Assembly (NCBI GenBank): GCA_951406725.2
Contig: OX597820.1
Span: 14,694,001-14,758,000 of the forward strand
Direction of reading: 5' to 3'
Length of the DNA: 64,000 nucleotides
Source: Octopus vulgaris
Taxonomy: Eukaryota
Shown here: positions 24,412 to 37,610 of the stretch, one piece after another
How the letters are laid out: every line of letters begins with the position of its first letter
How positions within the stretch are numbered: the stretch's first letter is position 1
Made by a program: the position numbers and the translations under genes
Notes under the pieces: generated by a model
What the model saw: only the letters and a program-made list of their open reading frames with translations
Databases searched by the model: none
What the model was told of the DNA's origin: nothing

Positions 24412-24716
24412 TGTAGTATAAAAAGGTATTATAAAAGGAGAAAGGGGCTCTCTACCCCCCTTTTGACCAGGCTCCGGGGGGGGGGGGGGCTTTTATGGGT
24501 TTTTCCAAGCGTAACCTTTCAAAGCGCCTCCCCCTATTGGGAATTTCAATTGTTATATTTTCGTTGTCATCTCTGGAATTTTTACATGGTTTTTTGTAAC
24601 TTTCGTCCTGTGTTTTGTCCCTTTATGTTTTAATTAATTTTTGTCAGCCCTTGTGGCCAATAAACGAATGAATTATTATTATCATTATGTTCATTTTTAT
24701 CATTATTAATTGCTGC

Positions 24717-24945
24717 AAGGTGACAAGCTGGTAGAATCGTTAGCACGCTGGACAAAATGCTTAACAATATTTTACCCATCGCTGTGTTCTGAGTTCAAAT
24801 TCTGCCATGGTCGACTTTGCCTTTCATCCTCTCGGCATCAATAAATTAAGTACCAGTGAAACACTGGGGTTGATGTAATCGACTATCCCTCCACCCACCC
24901 CCAAATTTCAGGCCCTGTGTCTTTAGTAGAAAGGGTTATTATTAT
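24717..24945 (+). mobile_element. Family M SINE, full length
   Basis: Head, core block and (TTA)n tail are all present. Confidence 0.88.
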
Positions 24946-26354
24946 TTTAATTATTGTTATCAATATTGCTGTCGCTACCATTAGAAACACATGTACTAGT
25001 TCTAGTCTCATCTCTTCAGGGGATGAGATTATTTTGGTGGTTTCACTACTTCAGGAACTTGAACTTACATTTTTTTGGGGGTTTTGCAGGATTTCTGTGT
25101 ATGTGTGTGTGTATGAGAGAGAGTTGGGGGTAATGTCTGCCTAAATATGCTTATCATAGTATGAGGTTAAGTGTTTTGAAAGACTGGTAAATGCAGAATA
25201 TGTAAGTTATATTTGGATTGTAAGTGTATTTGTGTGTGTGTCTGTTTGTGTTTGAATCTAAAAATCAAGTGAAATTCAACCAGTTTAATTTGCTGTTGAG
25301 TTTTCGGTCTTGTTTACTTCATGTTTCTTAATCTCAAAGACAAAAGACCTTCAATTAAAAGCAAGAATTTATTTTGGCACCAAAACTCAAATTTTATTTT
25401 CTGAATTTAAACATACTAACATGTGTATATTTCTTTTCTTTTTTTTTTTTTTCTTTATCATTCTTCTCTTTTCATTCCTTTCAACTTCCTATGTTTTTCT
25501 TTTCTCTTTTCTTTTTTTTTTTTTCCTCTTCTAATTTTTTATCTTAAGTAGTAGAGAAAGGAAGAACAAAAGAGGAATTACTACTGCAAAACTTCTGTTC
25601 CTTGTGTTGTTGAATTTCAATAATTATACATTTTCTTCTGTCTTTGAACTGAGAAGGTTTTCCATTCTCTTCTCTTCCACCCTCTTCTTCTATTCTCAAA
25701 CCCACTCCTGCCTCAGAATTTCATTTTTCTTGTTCTTGTTTTGCTTTTTGTCTTCCTTTGATCTTGATAGAAACTTGCTGAAAATGTGCTTTTGGATACA
25801 TTTTATGGACCCCTCCTTTGTTATGGATACTGTTGCTGGATGGCGCTTTCTTTTAGTGTCTCTGGCATCATTGTAGCTGTTGCCATGCCTTTCTCAAAAG
25901 ATACCCACAATAGACTTCTTGGCAACATTGTCTCACTATTTTATTGCATTCATATGCTAATAATAATGTCTTTCTAATTGAGGCCCCACCTTCTCTACCC
26001 CCAACGCTATCCCTTCCTCCTCACTTTCTTCCTTTGCTCCATCCTATTTTTTCTCTACTTCTCTGATTAAAGGTGATTAATAAATCACTTCATCTCTCTT
26101 TAAAACCATTGAGAAGAGCATTGTTTCAGGTTTCACAGGATGCATGTTTTTCCTTCTGAATACATGGACAGATCTTTTACTCCTTTACTGGTTCCAGCAT
26201 CACTTACCTTAGATATATTCTTTATATTCATTATTTACCTATCATAATATTACAAGAGGAAAGTGTGCCCCTACCACTCCTGTTTTAATTACTTTTATAT
26301 CATTAAAAAAAAAATCGTTTGAGGTTGAACCGAAATTTATCTTTAACATGTTTC

Positions 26355-27050
26355 AATTATTGTACGGCGACCATGCTGGGGCACTCACTACCTTTTGGAG
26401 GGTTTAGTTGTAAAAATTGGCCCCTGTACTTATTTTTTTAAAAGATTGGTACTTGTTCTTTTAGTCTCTTTTGCTGTGTTATGTGAACATAAACAAACCA
26501 GCAATGGTTATCAAGCAATGTAGTGGGGTATACACATGTACACGCGCGGCACCTTGGGCAAGTCTCTTGGGTTGACCAAAGCCTTGTGAGTGGATTTGGT
26601 AGTCGGAAACTGAAAGAAGCCCATCATGTATATGTATAAGTGTGTGTTTGTATGTATGTGTGTGTGTGTTTCTGTGTTTGTCCCCCTTCCATCACTTGAC
26701 AACTGATGCTGATGTGTTTATGTCCCTGTAACTTAGGAGTTTGACAAAAAAGACCGATAGAGTAAATATGAGGCTTACAAAGAATAAGTCCTGGGGTCAA
26801 TTTCTTCGACTATAATCCTTTAAGGCAGGCAGTGCTCCAGCATTGCCACAGTAACTGAAACATGTAAAAGAATATATGTATATACCATGGGCTTCCATAC
26901 AGTTTCTGCCTACCAAATTCACTCTCGACGTATTAGTCAGTCCAGGGCTATACTAGAAGACACTTGCCCAAGGTGTCACGTGTGGGACTGAACTTGAAAC
27001 CATGTGGTGCAAAGAAAGCTTCTTAACCACGCAGCCATGCCCTGTGCCAT
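26355..27050. mobile_element. Plus-strand family O SINE nested in a minus-strand family O SINE
   Basis: Minus 3' half ~26355-26530, plus copy ~26548-26872, minus 5' half ~26885-27050. Confidence 0.8.
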
Positions 27051-27879
27051 ATGTGACATTTTGTATCGTGACTGAAATTCTTTGAATTTTTTTTTTTTTT
27101 CGAAATATTTGTTGTCGTTTAACCACAGGTTTCTCTTGATTTTATCATTCTATAAACAGAGCCATGCAAGTTGTGGCCATCTCAATCTTTATTTAAAGTA
27201 TAGAACATCCATAACTACATTATTCAGGATTCATGTATCTCCTTCAATTTTTAAGATGGTACTGTTGATTTCGAGGGAGATCTAGTTGCTATTTTTAACA
27301 TATCAAGCAACCATGATTCTAGCCTCTACCAATTTAGAATTTAGATTTTATAAATATATATATATATTATAACCATTACGTTTTTATGATTTAAAAAATA
27401 AAAATACTTGTTTTCCTAAGCTAAAACCGTTTTTAATTATAAATTTTATTTTAAATTTATTAGAAAAAGAATAAAATTTTCTACATTTTGATTTCATAAA
27501 TTGTCTTTTATAACTGTTTTAAATTAATTTAGTCTTCTGTTAGAAACTATTGAGTCTTTATGTCAATTATAGTTCTAGCTTTGAAATAGCTTGTTTTGGA
27601 GTTCCTGTTGGAATAAATTCTACAAATAATGGTAAAGTTGGTGATTTTGAGTTGCTATTGTAAATTTTCCATTGTTTAGGAAGTTTCTTTTTGTTTTTTG
27701 TTTTATGTAATTACTATATAAATAAGAGTTAAAAGTAATTAAAAAGTTGAGCTTCAGTATTGCCCCCCCCCCACCCCCACCCCTCTCTATCAGTAGCATA
27801 TTTGATGGCATATAAGATGCATGGCCATACCTGATGCACCTCAATTGCAGCAATGTATTTTCATGACAAATGATTTATA

Positions 27880-28262
27880 GGCGCAGGAGTGGCTGTATGG
27901 TAAGTAGCTTGCTTACCAACCACATGGCTCTGAGTTCAGTCCCACTGCATGGCACCATGGGCAAGTGTCTTCTACTATAGCCTCAGGTCAACCAAAGCCT
28001 TGTGAGTGGATTTCGTAGAAGGAAGCTGAGAGAAGCCCATCATATGTGTGTGTGTGTGTGTTTGTGTGTCTGTTTTTCTCCCCAGCATCTCTTGACAAAT
28101 GATACTGGTGTGTTTACGTCCCCGTAACTTAGCGGTTTGGCAAAAGAGAGCAATAGAATAAGTACTAAGCTTACAAAGAATAAGTCTTGGGGTCGATTTG
28201 CTCGACTAAAGGTGGTACTCCAGTATGGCCACAGTCAAATGACCGAAACAATTAAAAAGAGT
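27880..28262 (+). mobile_element. Family O tRNA-derived SINE, full length
   Basis: ggcgcaggagtggctgtatggtaag A box, gagttcagtccc B box, internal (TG)n and 3' module ending gaaacaattaaaaagag. Confidence 0.9.
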
Positions 28263-28298
28263 ATAGTGCATTAAATTATGCAATATTTAAATTAACTA

Positions 28299-28515
28299 AG
28301 GCGACAAGCTGGCAGAAACATTAACATGCCAAGCAAAATACTTAGTGGTATTTCATCCATCTTTATGTTCTGAGCTCAAATTCCACCATGGTTGACTTTG
28401 CCTTTCATCCTTTCGGGGTTGATAAATTAAGTACAAGTTGCGTTCTAGGGTCAATCTAATCGACTGGTTCTCTCCCACCAAATTTTGTGCCTTGTGCCTA
28501 GAGTTGAAAGGAATA
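28299..28515 (+). mobile_element. Family M SINE
   Basis: Conserved head and core block. Confidence 0.85.
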
Positions 28516-28589
28516 TTTAAAGTAACTTTCTAGGTGGTGCACTGGCAGAAACGTTAACAGTTTTATCTCTGAGAAGAAGTGGCCCATAT

Positions 28590-29270
28590 TAATTTTGACA
28601 GAAGCTGACCAGACAGAAGGCTGCACGATATTTCTTGTGTCTGTTTTGGTCCAGTTTTTATGGCTAGATGCCCTTCCTAACACCAACCACTCACATAGAG
28701 TGGGCAACTGAGTGCTTTTTATGTGGCTCCAGCACAGACGAGGTCAGTTTCGGCATAGTTTCTACAACTGGATGCCCTTCCAAATGCCAATTGCTTTACA
28801 GTGAGGACTGAATGCTTTTTGAGTGGCACCAGCACTGGTAGGATCACCAAGTGACTTGCAAGACAAGGAGTCTTTGAGAGGGGGAAGGACATTGGAGAAG
28901 GTGACTTTGTGTCCGATGGTAAATGGTTAGAGTGAGACAGAGACATGATGATGATCATCATCATCGTTTAACGTCTGTTTTCCATGCTAGCATGGGTTGG
29001 ACAGTTTGACTGGGATCTGGGAAGCCAGGAGGTTGCACCAGGCTCCAGTCTGATCTGGCAGTGTTTCTACAGTTGGATGCCCTTCCTAACACCAACCACT
29101 CCTTGAGTGTAGTGGGTGCTTTTTTTACGTGCCACTGGCACAGGGGCCAGAGGTGGCTGGCATCAACCACGATCAGATGGTGCTGTCTATGTGCCACCGG
29201 CACAGAAGCCAATCAAGGCAGCACTGGCATCGGCCCACATTCAGATGGTGCTTTTTACATGCCTACATTT
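28590..29270 (-). mobile_element. Cluster of family R elements
   Basis: Three gatgcccttcc...ccaa blocks and a (CAT)n tail near 28955. Confidence 0.8.
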
Positions 29271-30229
29271 GACAAAAGTAATTCAGATGTTGAAGTGGGG
29301 AAAGTAACTTTGCATACATGACCCAAGGTGATTCTAAGTCCTGTTCACCTTGGCTATAGGATCATCTACTAATTGACCCATAATTAGGGCCCTTGACTGG
29401 CATGCCACTCTCGGTTGGAACAGATTGTGGTATAAGGGTGACTGAGTGGGGTAGCTTCATATTCCCTAAAATTCTTGAGCTCTCAAGCTGGAGCCTCATC
29501 ACCAGATGGAGTTTGAGGTCTTAGTTTTGGTGGCTATCATTTTATTAATGGGAAAATAAAATAATTTGGGGAACAGGTAAACAAAACCATCTCAAATATA
29601 AAAGAAAAAAAGAAAACAAAAACAATTCTCAAAATGAAAGAAAACAACAAAAAAAAAAAGGAGTGATGTGTGGGGGTCTAAATCTTTATAACTCAAGTGC
29701 TAAATAACAACCATTATATGGTAATTGAACATGAAAGGAAATAAGCAAAGAAGACATTTCAAAGTTAAAAGAACATTTTCAGAAAGGAAATTTTGTTTAT
29801 CTTAGCAAAAAAAAAAAAAAAATCCTGTAAATGTATTTTAGATTTTTTTTTTTATGTGAGTGTTTGCTCTGAAGATTCACTTTCTTTTAGAATTTTGTTA
29901 TGCCACTCTGTGGTTTATTTTTTTGTTTTTGTTTTTGTGCAGATGTCTGTTTTTTTTTGTGTGTGATGTTGGCGTTTTTAAGTATATGCTTTTGCATAAC
30001 TCGTTGCATAGAGAAACCTTTTAAAATAGAGGCCAAAAAAAAAAAAAAAACCCCATCTTGTATTAATGCACAATTGAGCTTTTATGAGTTTTACAGTCAA
30101 GACATCTCTTTAATCATTTTGTTTCCATCAATTTGTATTGGAACAAATTGTTGCAACTCAGCTTTTGGAATCAACGACCTCCCCCCACCCACACTTGCAG
30201 TCAGTAATTTCTGGAAAATTCTCAGTTTG

Positions 30230-30455
30230 CCCCTTTAACAATTACATAACTCTATCAAAACTAATTCTTATCTATTCACATTGTTTTGAATTAATCATGC
30301 ATTATCTTGTAGTATCGAGATTTCAATGATGTGATTGTTTTATTTTTAGGCTAATATTGTAGGGTAGGTGTGAGAGACCTGATCTTGTAGGCTTAAACAT
30401 AGAACAAGTTGAATATCTGGACCTCTAGATATGACGAGTTTAAATACTGTAGAGT
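30230..30455. mobile_element. Family B MITE (degraded)
   Basis: ttaatcatgcattatcttgtag...gtagggtaggtgtgagag core. Confidence 0.7.
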
Positions 30456-31248
30456 TTTTTTTTTTTTTTTTTTTTTTGATTTTTGATTTTTTTTTTTACT
30501 TGTTTCAGTCATTTGACTGCGGCCATGCTTGAGCACCGCCTTTAATTGAACAAATAGACCTCAGGACTTATTCTTTGTAAGCCTAGTACTTATACTATCG
30601 GTCTCTTTTGCTGAACTGCTAAGATCGGTTGTCAAGCGATAGAAGGCAAAGTTAACTTTGGTGAAATTTGGACTCTGAATGTAAATCTGGTAGAAATTTT
30701 GCTAAGTATTTCACATGACTTGGTAAAGATTCTTTCAGCTTTCTGCCTTTAGCACAGAAGAGTAATTGTTGACAAAATTCTTTATCCATTCATGCATTCT
30801 TTTGAGTCGTATAAAAGACTGGCAAATGTATTTTGTTCTTCAAGTCTCAAAGACTGTAGTGCTTAGTCAACTTTTTAAAGTTTTATTCTGTCGGGGCCAG
30901 CATCCCTATATTTCTGATGAAACACACTGCCTTTGTTTCAGTAAATTGACATCAAATGAGTGGCATGAAATTTTTGATACCGAAAGAGCTATGCCAATAC
31001 ATCTCACACTTGAGGTCTTTGTAGCTATTTTCTCTTTAACTTTTGGCACACTGTAGTTGAATCATATCGCCATACAAATTTTCTCTCTTCTCAATGCAAC
31101 ACAATATCCCTGCAGCTATAAGAGAGAAAACTTGTATGGCAACATGATTTGTCTAAGCATGCCGAAGGTTAAAATTCTTAGCTTGTGGCTAAAATTGCAG
31201 GTTTCATTATAACTAGATCTTCTGATTTCTTCATTAAAGAATTGTCAT

Positions 31249-31574
31249 TTAACACATAAAGCATGACTGGCCACGATCATGGCTGTCAGGCTCAGGTCGA
31301 CAGGCCACAATCGTGGCCCAGACAGATGCATTTAATTTAGGGCGTTTGTTGGGGTCTAATGTCACTCAAACACTCCAAAACCCCACAGAATGCAAGAGGA
31401 CTAATAGTTCAACAAATGACATTTCATATGAAGTAGAACTTGCCACCATTATATACTAAGAAGATATTTTAACTATTTTTTGTTTTTTATGTGTGCATGG
31501 TGGTCTCATTTGCATAAAAATGTCCTCAGCTGTCCATACTATGTAAGAGCAAATCCCAGCGCTCTGTGGGTTAA
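31249..31574. mobile_element. Possible third TTAA-flanked MITE
   Basis: TTAA-CACATAAAGC...GCTCTGTGGG-TTAA imperfect TIRs, with two internal ggccac(g/a)atc(a/g)tggc palindromes. Confidence 0.4.
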
Positions 31575-31631
31575 TATTTAATGTAAATTTATTCTGCCTT
31601 TCATCCTTTTGGGGTTGGTAAAATAAGAACC

Positions 31632-31892
31632 GTGGAGGCGTGTGGCTTAGTGGTTAGGATGTCAGCATCGTGATCGTAAGATTGTGGTTTCGATTCCTGG
31701 GCCGGGCGATGCGTTGTGTTCTTGAGCAAAACACTTCATTTCACGTTGCTCCAGTCCACTCAGCTGGCAAAAATGAGTAACGCTGCGATGGACTGGTGTC
31801 CCGTCCAGCTAGGGAACACATACACCATAGAAACCGGGAAACCGGACCCATGAGCCTGGCTAGGCTTTAAAAGGGCGAAAAAAAAGCAAGAA
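31632..31892 (+). mobile_element. Young family C SINE with 12-bp TSD, inserted in a family M SINE
   Basis: TSD aaaataagaacc at 31620-31631 and 31893-31904, tRNA head and A-rich tail. Confidence 0.92.
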
Positions 31893-33104
31893 AAAATAAG
31901 AACCAGTTGAACATTGGGATTGATTTAACTTCCTCCCTCTCTCAAAATTGCTGGCCTTGTGCCAGAATTTGAAACTGATATTTTAAGTAAATTTCCATGT
32001 TTCACTTCATGGAAACTTTCCCTCTTTGCTTGCTTATTTGTTTATTCAGTTCAGAAGATGCAATAAAATTGTCAAACTTCTGAGTTTTGAATGTCATTCA
32101 ACTCAATAAATGCAGTTTCAGTCACTGCTACACTTTTTGCTTATGCCTTGTCCTATTTTCTTAAGCATATCTTTGTTAATCAATAACTTTCAATGCTGTT
32201 CTTTGCTTTAAGCATTGCAAAAGAGTTATAAAAAGCATTTAATAATAAGTACCGTGTGTTTCATATGTTGTTCGTGCACTTGTTCACTTTGCAAAATGCA
32301 ACAGTAGACACAAACTAACCGGTAACATTGTTAGCAATTTTCTTCTGTTGTATAACAGTTAAAATATCACTTCCTTGTTGATTATTCTGGGTTTTTTTTT
32401 ATTATTTCACAAGTTCGCTGTGCTTACTTTCAAACAACAATATTGTCAGTTTTCACCTGATATTACGTAATATTATTGCTGTGTGCCAGTTGGAATGCTT
32501 ATAATTTTTGAAGAGAGCGTATTAAATTTTACAGAAATTTAAGTACTCAGGCCGATAGTTTTGCCTCACAGTTAGGTTCTCATTATGTAATTACATATTC
32601 TATTCTGCTTTGTTCTCAACACGAGCCCACCAAAATCATATTAGCCATACTTGTGTGTCCGCAATAAATATTTAATGAAATTCGTGTGAAATTGTCTATT
32701 GACATTCATTTGTACCACTCATCTATTATCCTTGTCGTAGTTGCTGAGATGATGATGGTTTGGTGCAAGGCTCAGCACGACACCGAATGTATTTGTAGTC
32801 TTATGACCCTCCAGGGACGAAGAGAACTTAATCTAATTTGTTAAAATGTGTAAAGGATGGACGTTACACGTTTTCATTCTCGCTCCTCTTCATGTCTGCG
32901 GAATGTCACATTGTCAACTCGCATCAGCTCAGTCGTGGTCATTCACACCGCATCATACACCGTTGTTTGTTGTTACCTTGGTTAACTTATTAAGGCCGTA
33001 AGTTATATCAGACAACAGAAGCAATGGAGGAAAATGTATTTGGTGAGAAGACGATAAAGAGATTAGACGGTTAACAACATATTTGCAGTGATCCGCATTG
33101 GGGT

Positions 33105-33331
33105 TTAACCCTTTCGTTACCAACCCGGCCAAAACCGGCTCTGGCTCTGAGTACAAATGTCTTGTTTTCATAAGTTTTGAATTAAAATCTTCCACCAAAC
33201 CTTAGTCACATTTTATGTTCCTGACCCTAGCTTAATGATAACTAAGTTATTTTACTAAATTCTTTGTTATATTTTAAATAATTTAAAGAAACACAGAGCA
33301 TCTCAAATAAATACTGTAACAAAAGGGTTAA
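33105..33331. mobile_element. Family A piggyBac-type MITE, monomer
   Basis: TTAA-CCCTTTCGTTAC...GTAACAAAAGGG-TTAA. Confidence 0.92.
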
Positions 33332-33582
33332 AAAAACCTATTATCATTTGGATCTTGTTGTGTGTTGTTGCATTTCTCTGGAAATACTGGACTAAAGTAT
33401 TTGTTTGGTTTAATTCAACAAATGGATTTGTCTCACACTCAGTGGTGATGCTGTCCTGTAAGCTCATTGCTTCTTATCTACATGGAGGCAGTGGCTGTTT
33501 TTGTAGATATTGCTATTGTTTAACTGCAAATATTCAATCAATTCCTAAACCTCTCTCAAAATATATGGCCGTGTGGTGAAGG

Positions 33583-33740
33583 TATTGACCCCAGTATTTC
33601 ATTGGTACTTAATTTATTGGCCTCGAAAGGATGAAAGACGAAGTTGACCTCAGCGGAATTTGAACCTAGAGGGTAAAGATGGACAAAATACCACTTAGCC
33701 TTTTGCTCAGTATGTTAATGATTCTGCCAGCTTGCCGCCT
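33583..33740 (-). mobile_element. Family M SINE
   Basis: Reverse complement of head and core. Confidence 0.8.
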
Positions 33741-33811
33741 TAATAATAATGATGATGATAGTGATGGTGGTGGTGGTGGTGGTGGTGGTGATGGTGATGG
33801 TGATGATGTTT

Positions 33812-34262
33812 GCTGTAAAAGATAGGCTACAGCAAATATTCTGCTTAATACCACAGATCTGCTATGCCCTGATGCAGTACCAGGCAGTGGCTCTCATGGA
33901 TTTTGATCTTAATTGATTGGAAGTGTTATCATGTACATTGTTTTGTCTTGGTATGAAAGATAGGCTACAGCAAATATTCTGCTCAATACCACAGTTGCTT
34001 AACTTTAACCAGTTGAGCATGTCCCTTAGTAGCTGGTGATATGGGTATCTCTGATCACGAGCAGAAGTAGTTGGGGAGCATCATAGCCATGTGTTGAGAG
34101 GAATTCTTTGCGGTTTGGATAATTCACCTCTGGAAACATGGGTGGTCTGCTCAACATCCTTCAACAGCCTTTATTCAAGGACCTTTTGACTTGGTTGGGC
34201 TACTCTTCGTACATTTACCCCAGTGTCACTTTGATTGCATGCACTGCTCTCTCACTCAATAA
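33812..34262 (+). mobile_element. Family L repeat
   Basis: gatgcagtaccaggcagtggctctc...gcactgctctctcactcaataat. Confidence 0.8.
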
Positions 34263-34449
34263 TGGTTTCAAATTTTGCCACAAGGCCTGCAGTTTTTGAG
34301 GGGAGGGGGAATTGACTCCAATACTTGATTGGTACTTATTTTATCGAAGCTGAAAGAACAAAAGGCAAAGTCAACCTCGGCAGAATTAACTCTTTTTGTT
34401 CACCTACAGTTTGTTGTTGTTTTTGACCTGTTTAGACATTTTAGAAATT

Positions 34450-34484
<35 letters not shown>

Positions 34485-35140
34485 TTTGCATTCCATTTTA
34501 TTATTTAAGCCTCAAGATTATCTAACATCAATGTGTTGCTGTGTATACATACATTCATGTGGACGTCCGCATGTCCATAGTATATATATATGTGCTTGCA
34601 TATTCACGTATATCTGTGTGTGTTTGTGGAGAAAATGCGGAATGCCACCTCCATGGTGTGTAACTTGCCCCCCTGCGCCTCCCACCTCCGGTCACCAGCA
34701 TCTACAAAAAAGCCCACACCTCTAGTTCCCACCACCACCACCACCACTACGGCTGCTGTTTCCATCTCCGCCGCCCTCACTATCTCTGTTTGTTTTCTAT
34801 GTTAACCAGTTTCTGCTTTGCAGTTCTTGTTTCCCCTCTTGTCAGATTACTTTGAGTCCGTTTCACTATTTTACTCTTCATTTGTGTTTTAATCAAGGAA
34901 TTCACAGCACATTGCTCATTGGCTGCTCTCTATATCTCTCTTCTCTTCTCTCCCCTTTTCTATCTCCCCCTGTCTCTATCTCCCCCTCTCTATCTCTCTC
35001 CAGCTCTATGATATGGGTGAAAAGAATAACTCTGTTGTCTATAACATGCTCTATGATCAACTAAATCACATTTGACACCTGGTTTGCTGCTTAATGAAGC
35101 TATCACCCCAAAAAACAGTGAGGGGGGAGTTTTTTTGTTC

Positions 35141-35177
<37 letters not shown>

Positions 35178-35269
35178 TTGTATATATTTATATATTTTTT
35201 GTGCAATAGTATTTTGGTGGTGTGTGTGTGTGGGGGATTAGAGTGTTCTAGAAGTGGATGTTTGTTTCT

Positions 35270-35905
35270 TTCCCTTCTCTTGTCTTTCACCCCCCCCCCG
35301 CCACAGACTTTGTTTTCTTTCGTTTCTCTACCCCCCCCCGCCTCTATTTTCTTTTTCCTTGCTCACATCTATCACCTTTCCTTTCCCTCCCCCTCCCTTT
35401 TCCACACTGATTTGTTTTGTTTTTTACCCCTCCCCCCTTCCTTCCTGTCTTCTTCACAATGAATCTTCTTTTTATCACTATCCCCCTTCCCCTCCTCTCC
35501 ATCCCCCCTCTCTCTCTCTCCTTTCTTTGTTCTTTACAACTTCTTTACTCCCCCTTCCCCACTGACATCTCTCCTTTTCCCTCCTCTATCTCTTCATCTC
35601 TTTCCCTCCCTCCCCTACATTTCTTGTTCCTCCAGTCTTCCCCTCCCACCCTCACTCTTTCTCCAGTTTTCCTACTTTCTCCTCCTTCCTCAATCTTTCA
35701 CCTTCCCATCTCTCTCTCTCTCTCACTCACTCACATGCTTTCCTTGTTTCTTCTCTTTCATCTTTTCCTCTCTATCTTCTTCTTCATCATATCTTCACCT
35801 TCCCCCCTCCTCCACCTCCGTCTTCTTTTCTCATCATTATTTTTTCTTTCCACATCTGGTTTATCTTCTTCATTTCAAATCGTTCTTTTTACTCTTCTCT
35901 TTCAT
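35270..35905. repeat. ~630-bp polypyrimidine low-complexity tract
   Basis: Almost exclusively C/T on the plus strand. Confidence 0.85.
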
Positions 35906-36737
35906 TGAGAGAAATGAGGTTTAAAGAGAGAAGAAGAAGGGAATGTGGAACCCTGTGATAAGCACTGGCGCTGGTTGACCTTATCCTTGTGGTTTGGGAA
36001 AGGATTAGAGAGAAGATTCAGCTGAGAAAGCTAAATGGTTGGACCAAAACATTCTGTCACAGCCTTTCTGGCTTCATCTTGTTATTTAACCCCAGGTCAA
36101 CCCTGATCTAGTTTAGGCTAGATCGGTAATTCCAGGTGCACCACCATATTTTCTATCTCTGTCCCCTCTTTTTGGCTGTTGTCAAAAGTGATGGTGAAAC
36201 TTCTTTCATCTCTTACCTGTTTCAGTCGTTGGACTGCGGCCATGCTGGGGCACCGCCTCAATGTGTTTTAGTCGAAAAATTTGACTATGGTAATTAACAG
36301 GTTTCATTTTGGTAACTTATTTTATTGGTCTCTTATGCCAAGCTGGGGAGGTAAACAAACTAACACCGGTTGTCAAACAGTGGAGGGGACAAACACACCA
36401 CATACACACATACAACACACACGCTTATATATGATGGGGGATTCTTTCAATTTCTGTCGACCAAATCTGCTCCTTTGGTGTAAGTTGTCTCAGGGCTATT
36501 GTAGAAGATTCTTGCCCAAGTTACTGTGCAGTGCACAGAATCAGAGACCACGATTACATGGACTCACCCCACCACACACACACACACAATACTTCACCAA
36601 TATATATTTTATTGACCTTGAAGAGATAAAAAGCAAAATTGACCTCAACTGGATTGGAAGCCAGGAGAAATGCCACAAAGCATTTTGTCCACTGTGGTAA
36701 TGATTCCATCAGCGCACCACCTTAATAATAATAATAG

Positions 36738-37395
36738 ATGCAGTACCAAGCAGTGGCCCTCATGGCTTCTGATCTTAACTGATTGGAATTGTTATCATGT
36801 ACATTGTTTTGGGCTACAGCAAATATTCTGCTCAATACCACAGACTTGCTTGTCAGTTGTTTGACTATAACCAGTTGAGCATGTCCCTTAACGGCTGATG
36901 ATATGTGCATCTCTGATCACAAGCAGAAGTAGTGGGAGAGCATCATAGCCATCTATTACATCGACCCCAGTACTCCACTGGTACTTAATTTATCCCTTGA
37001 GCATGTCCCTTGGTGACTGACGATAAGTGTATCACAGAGGTTACGAGTAGTGGGGGAGCATCATAGCCATGTGTTGAGTGGAATTCTTTGGGGTTTGGAT
37101 AATTCACCTCTGGAAACATGGGCGTTTCGTTTAACATCCTTAGACAACCCTTATTCAGGAACCTTTTGAGTGGGATGAGCTACTCAACCTGAAGAAAATT
37201 CTAACTGGGCCCCACCTGCAAGGTCATGTGCTGTTTATATGTTTATATTGATATGAGGTCATCATGTCATGCACATATGGTTGCGATGTATGTGCCTGGT
37301 GTACCCTTATCAGATGGGTAGTGGTGATGGGTTTACTGGGCTTGGTATATCTGTGTCTCTTTGATGGCATGCACTGCTCTCTCACTCAATTATAA
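36738..37395 (+). mobile_element. Family L repeat with internal duplication
   Basis: The gagcatgtccctt...gagcatcatagccat segment occurs twice, around a family M fragment. Confidence 0.8.
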
Positions 37396-37397
37396 TA

Positions 37398-37610
37398 ACC
37401 ATTTCTACTAAAGGCACAAGGCCTGAAATTTGTGGGAGAGGTTAAGTCGATTATATCAACCCCAGTACTCAACTGGTATTTATTCTATTGATCCTAAAGG
37501 ATGAAAGGCAAAGTCGGCCTCAGCGGAATTTGAACTCAGAACATAAAGACAGATGAATTACTGCCAAGCATTTTGCCCAGCATGCTAATGATTTTGCCAG
37601 CTCCCCACCA
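37398..37610 (-). mobile_element. Family M SINE, full length
   Basis: Reverse complement of the 24717 copy, flanked by (TAA)n. Confidence 0.88.

Noticed and set aside
30753-30761. 9-nt microexon tag|CACAGAAGA|gtaatt
   Set aside because: The acceptor tract is the antisense head of a SINE and the donor is weak.
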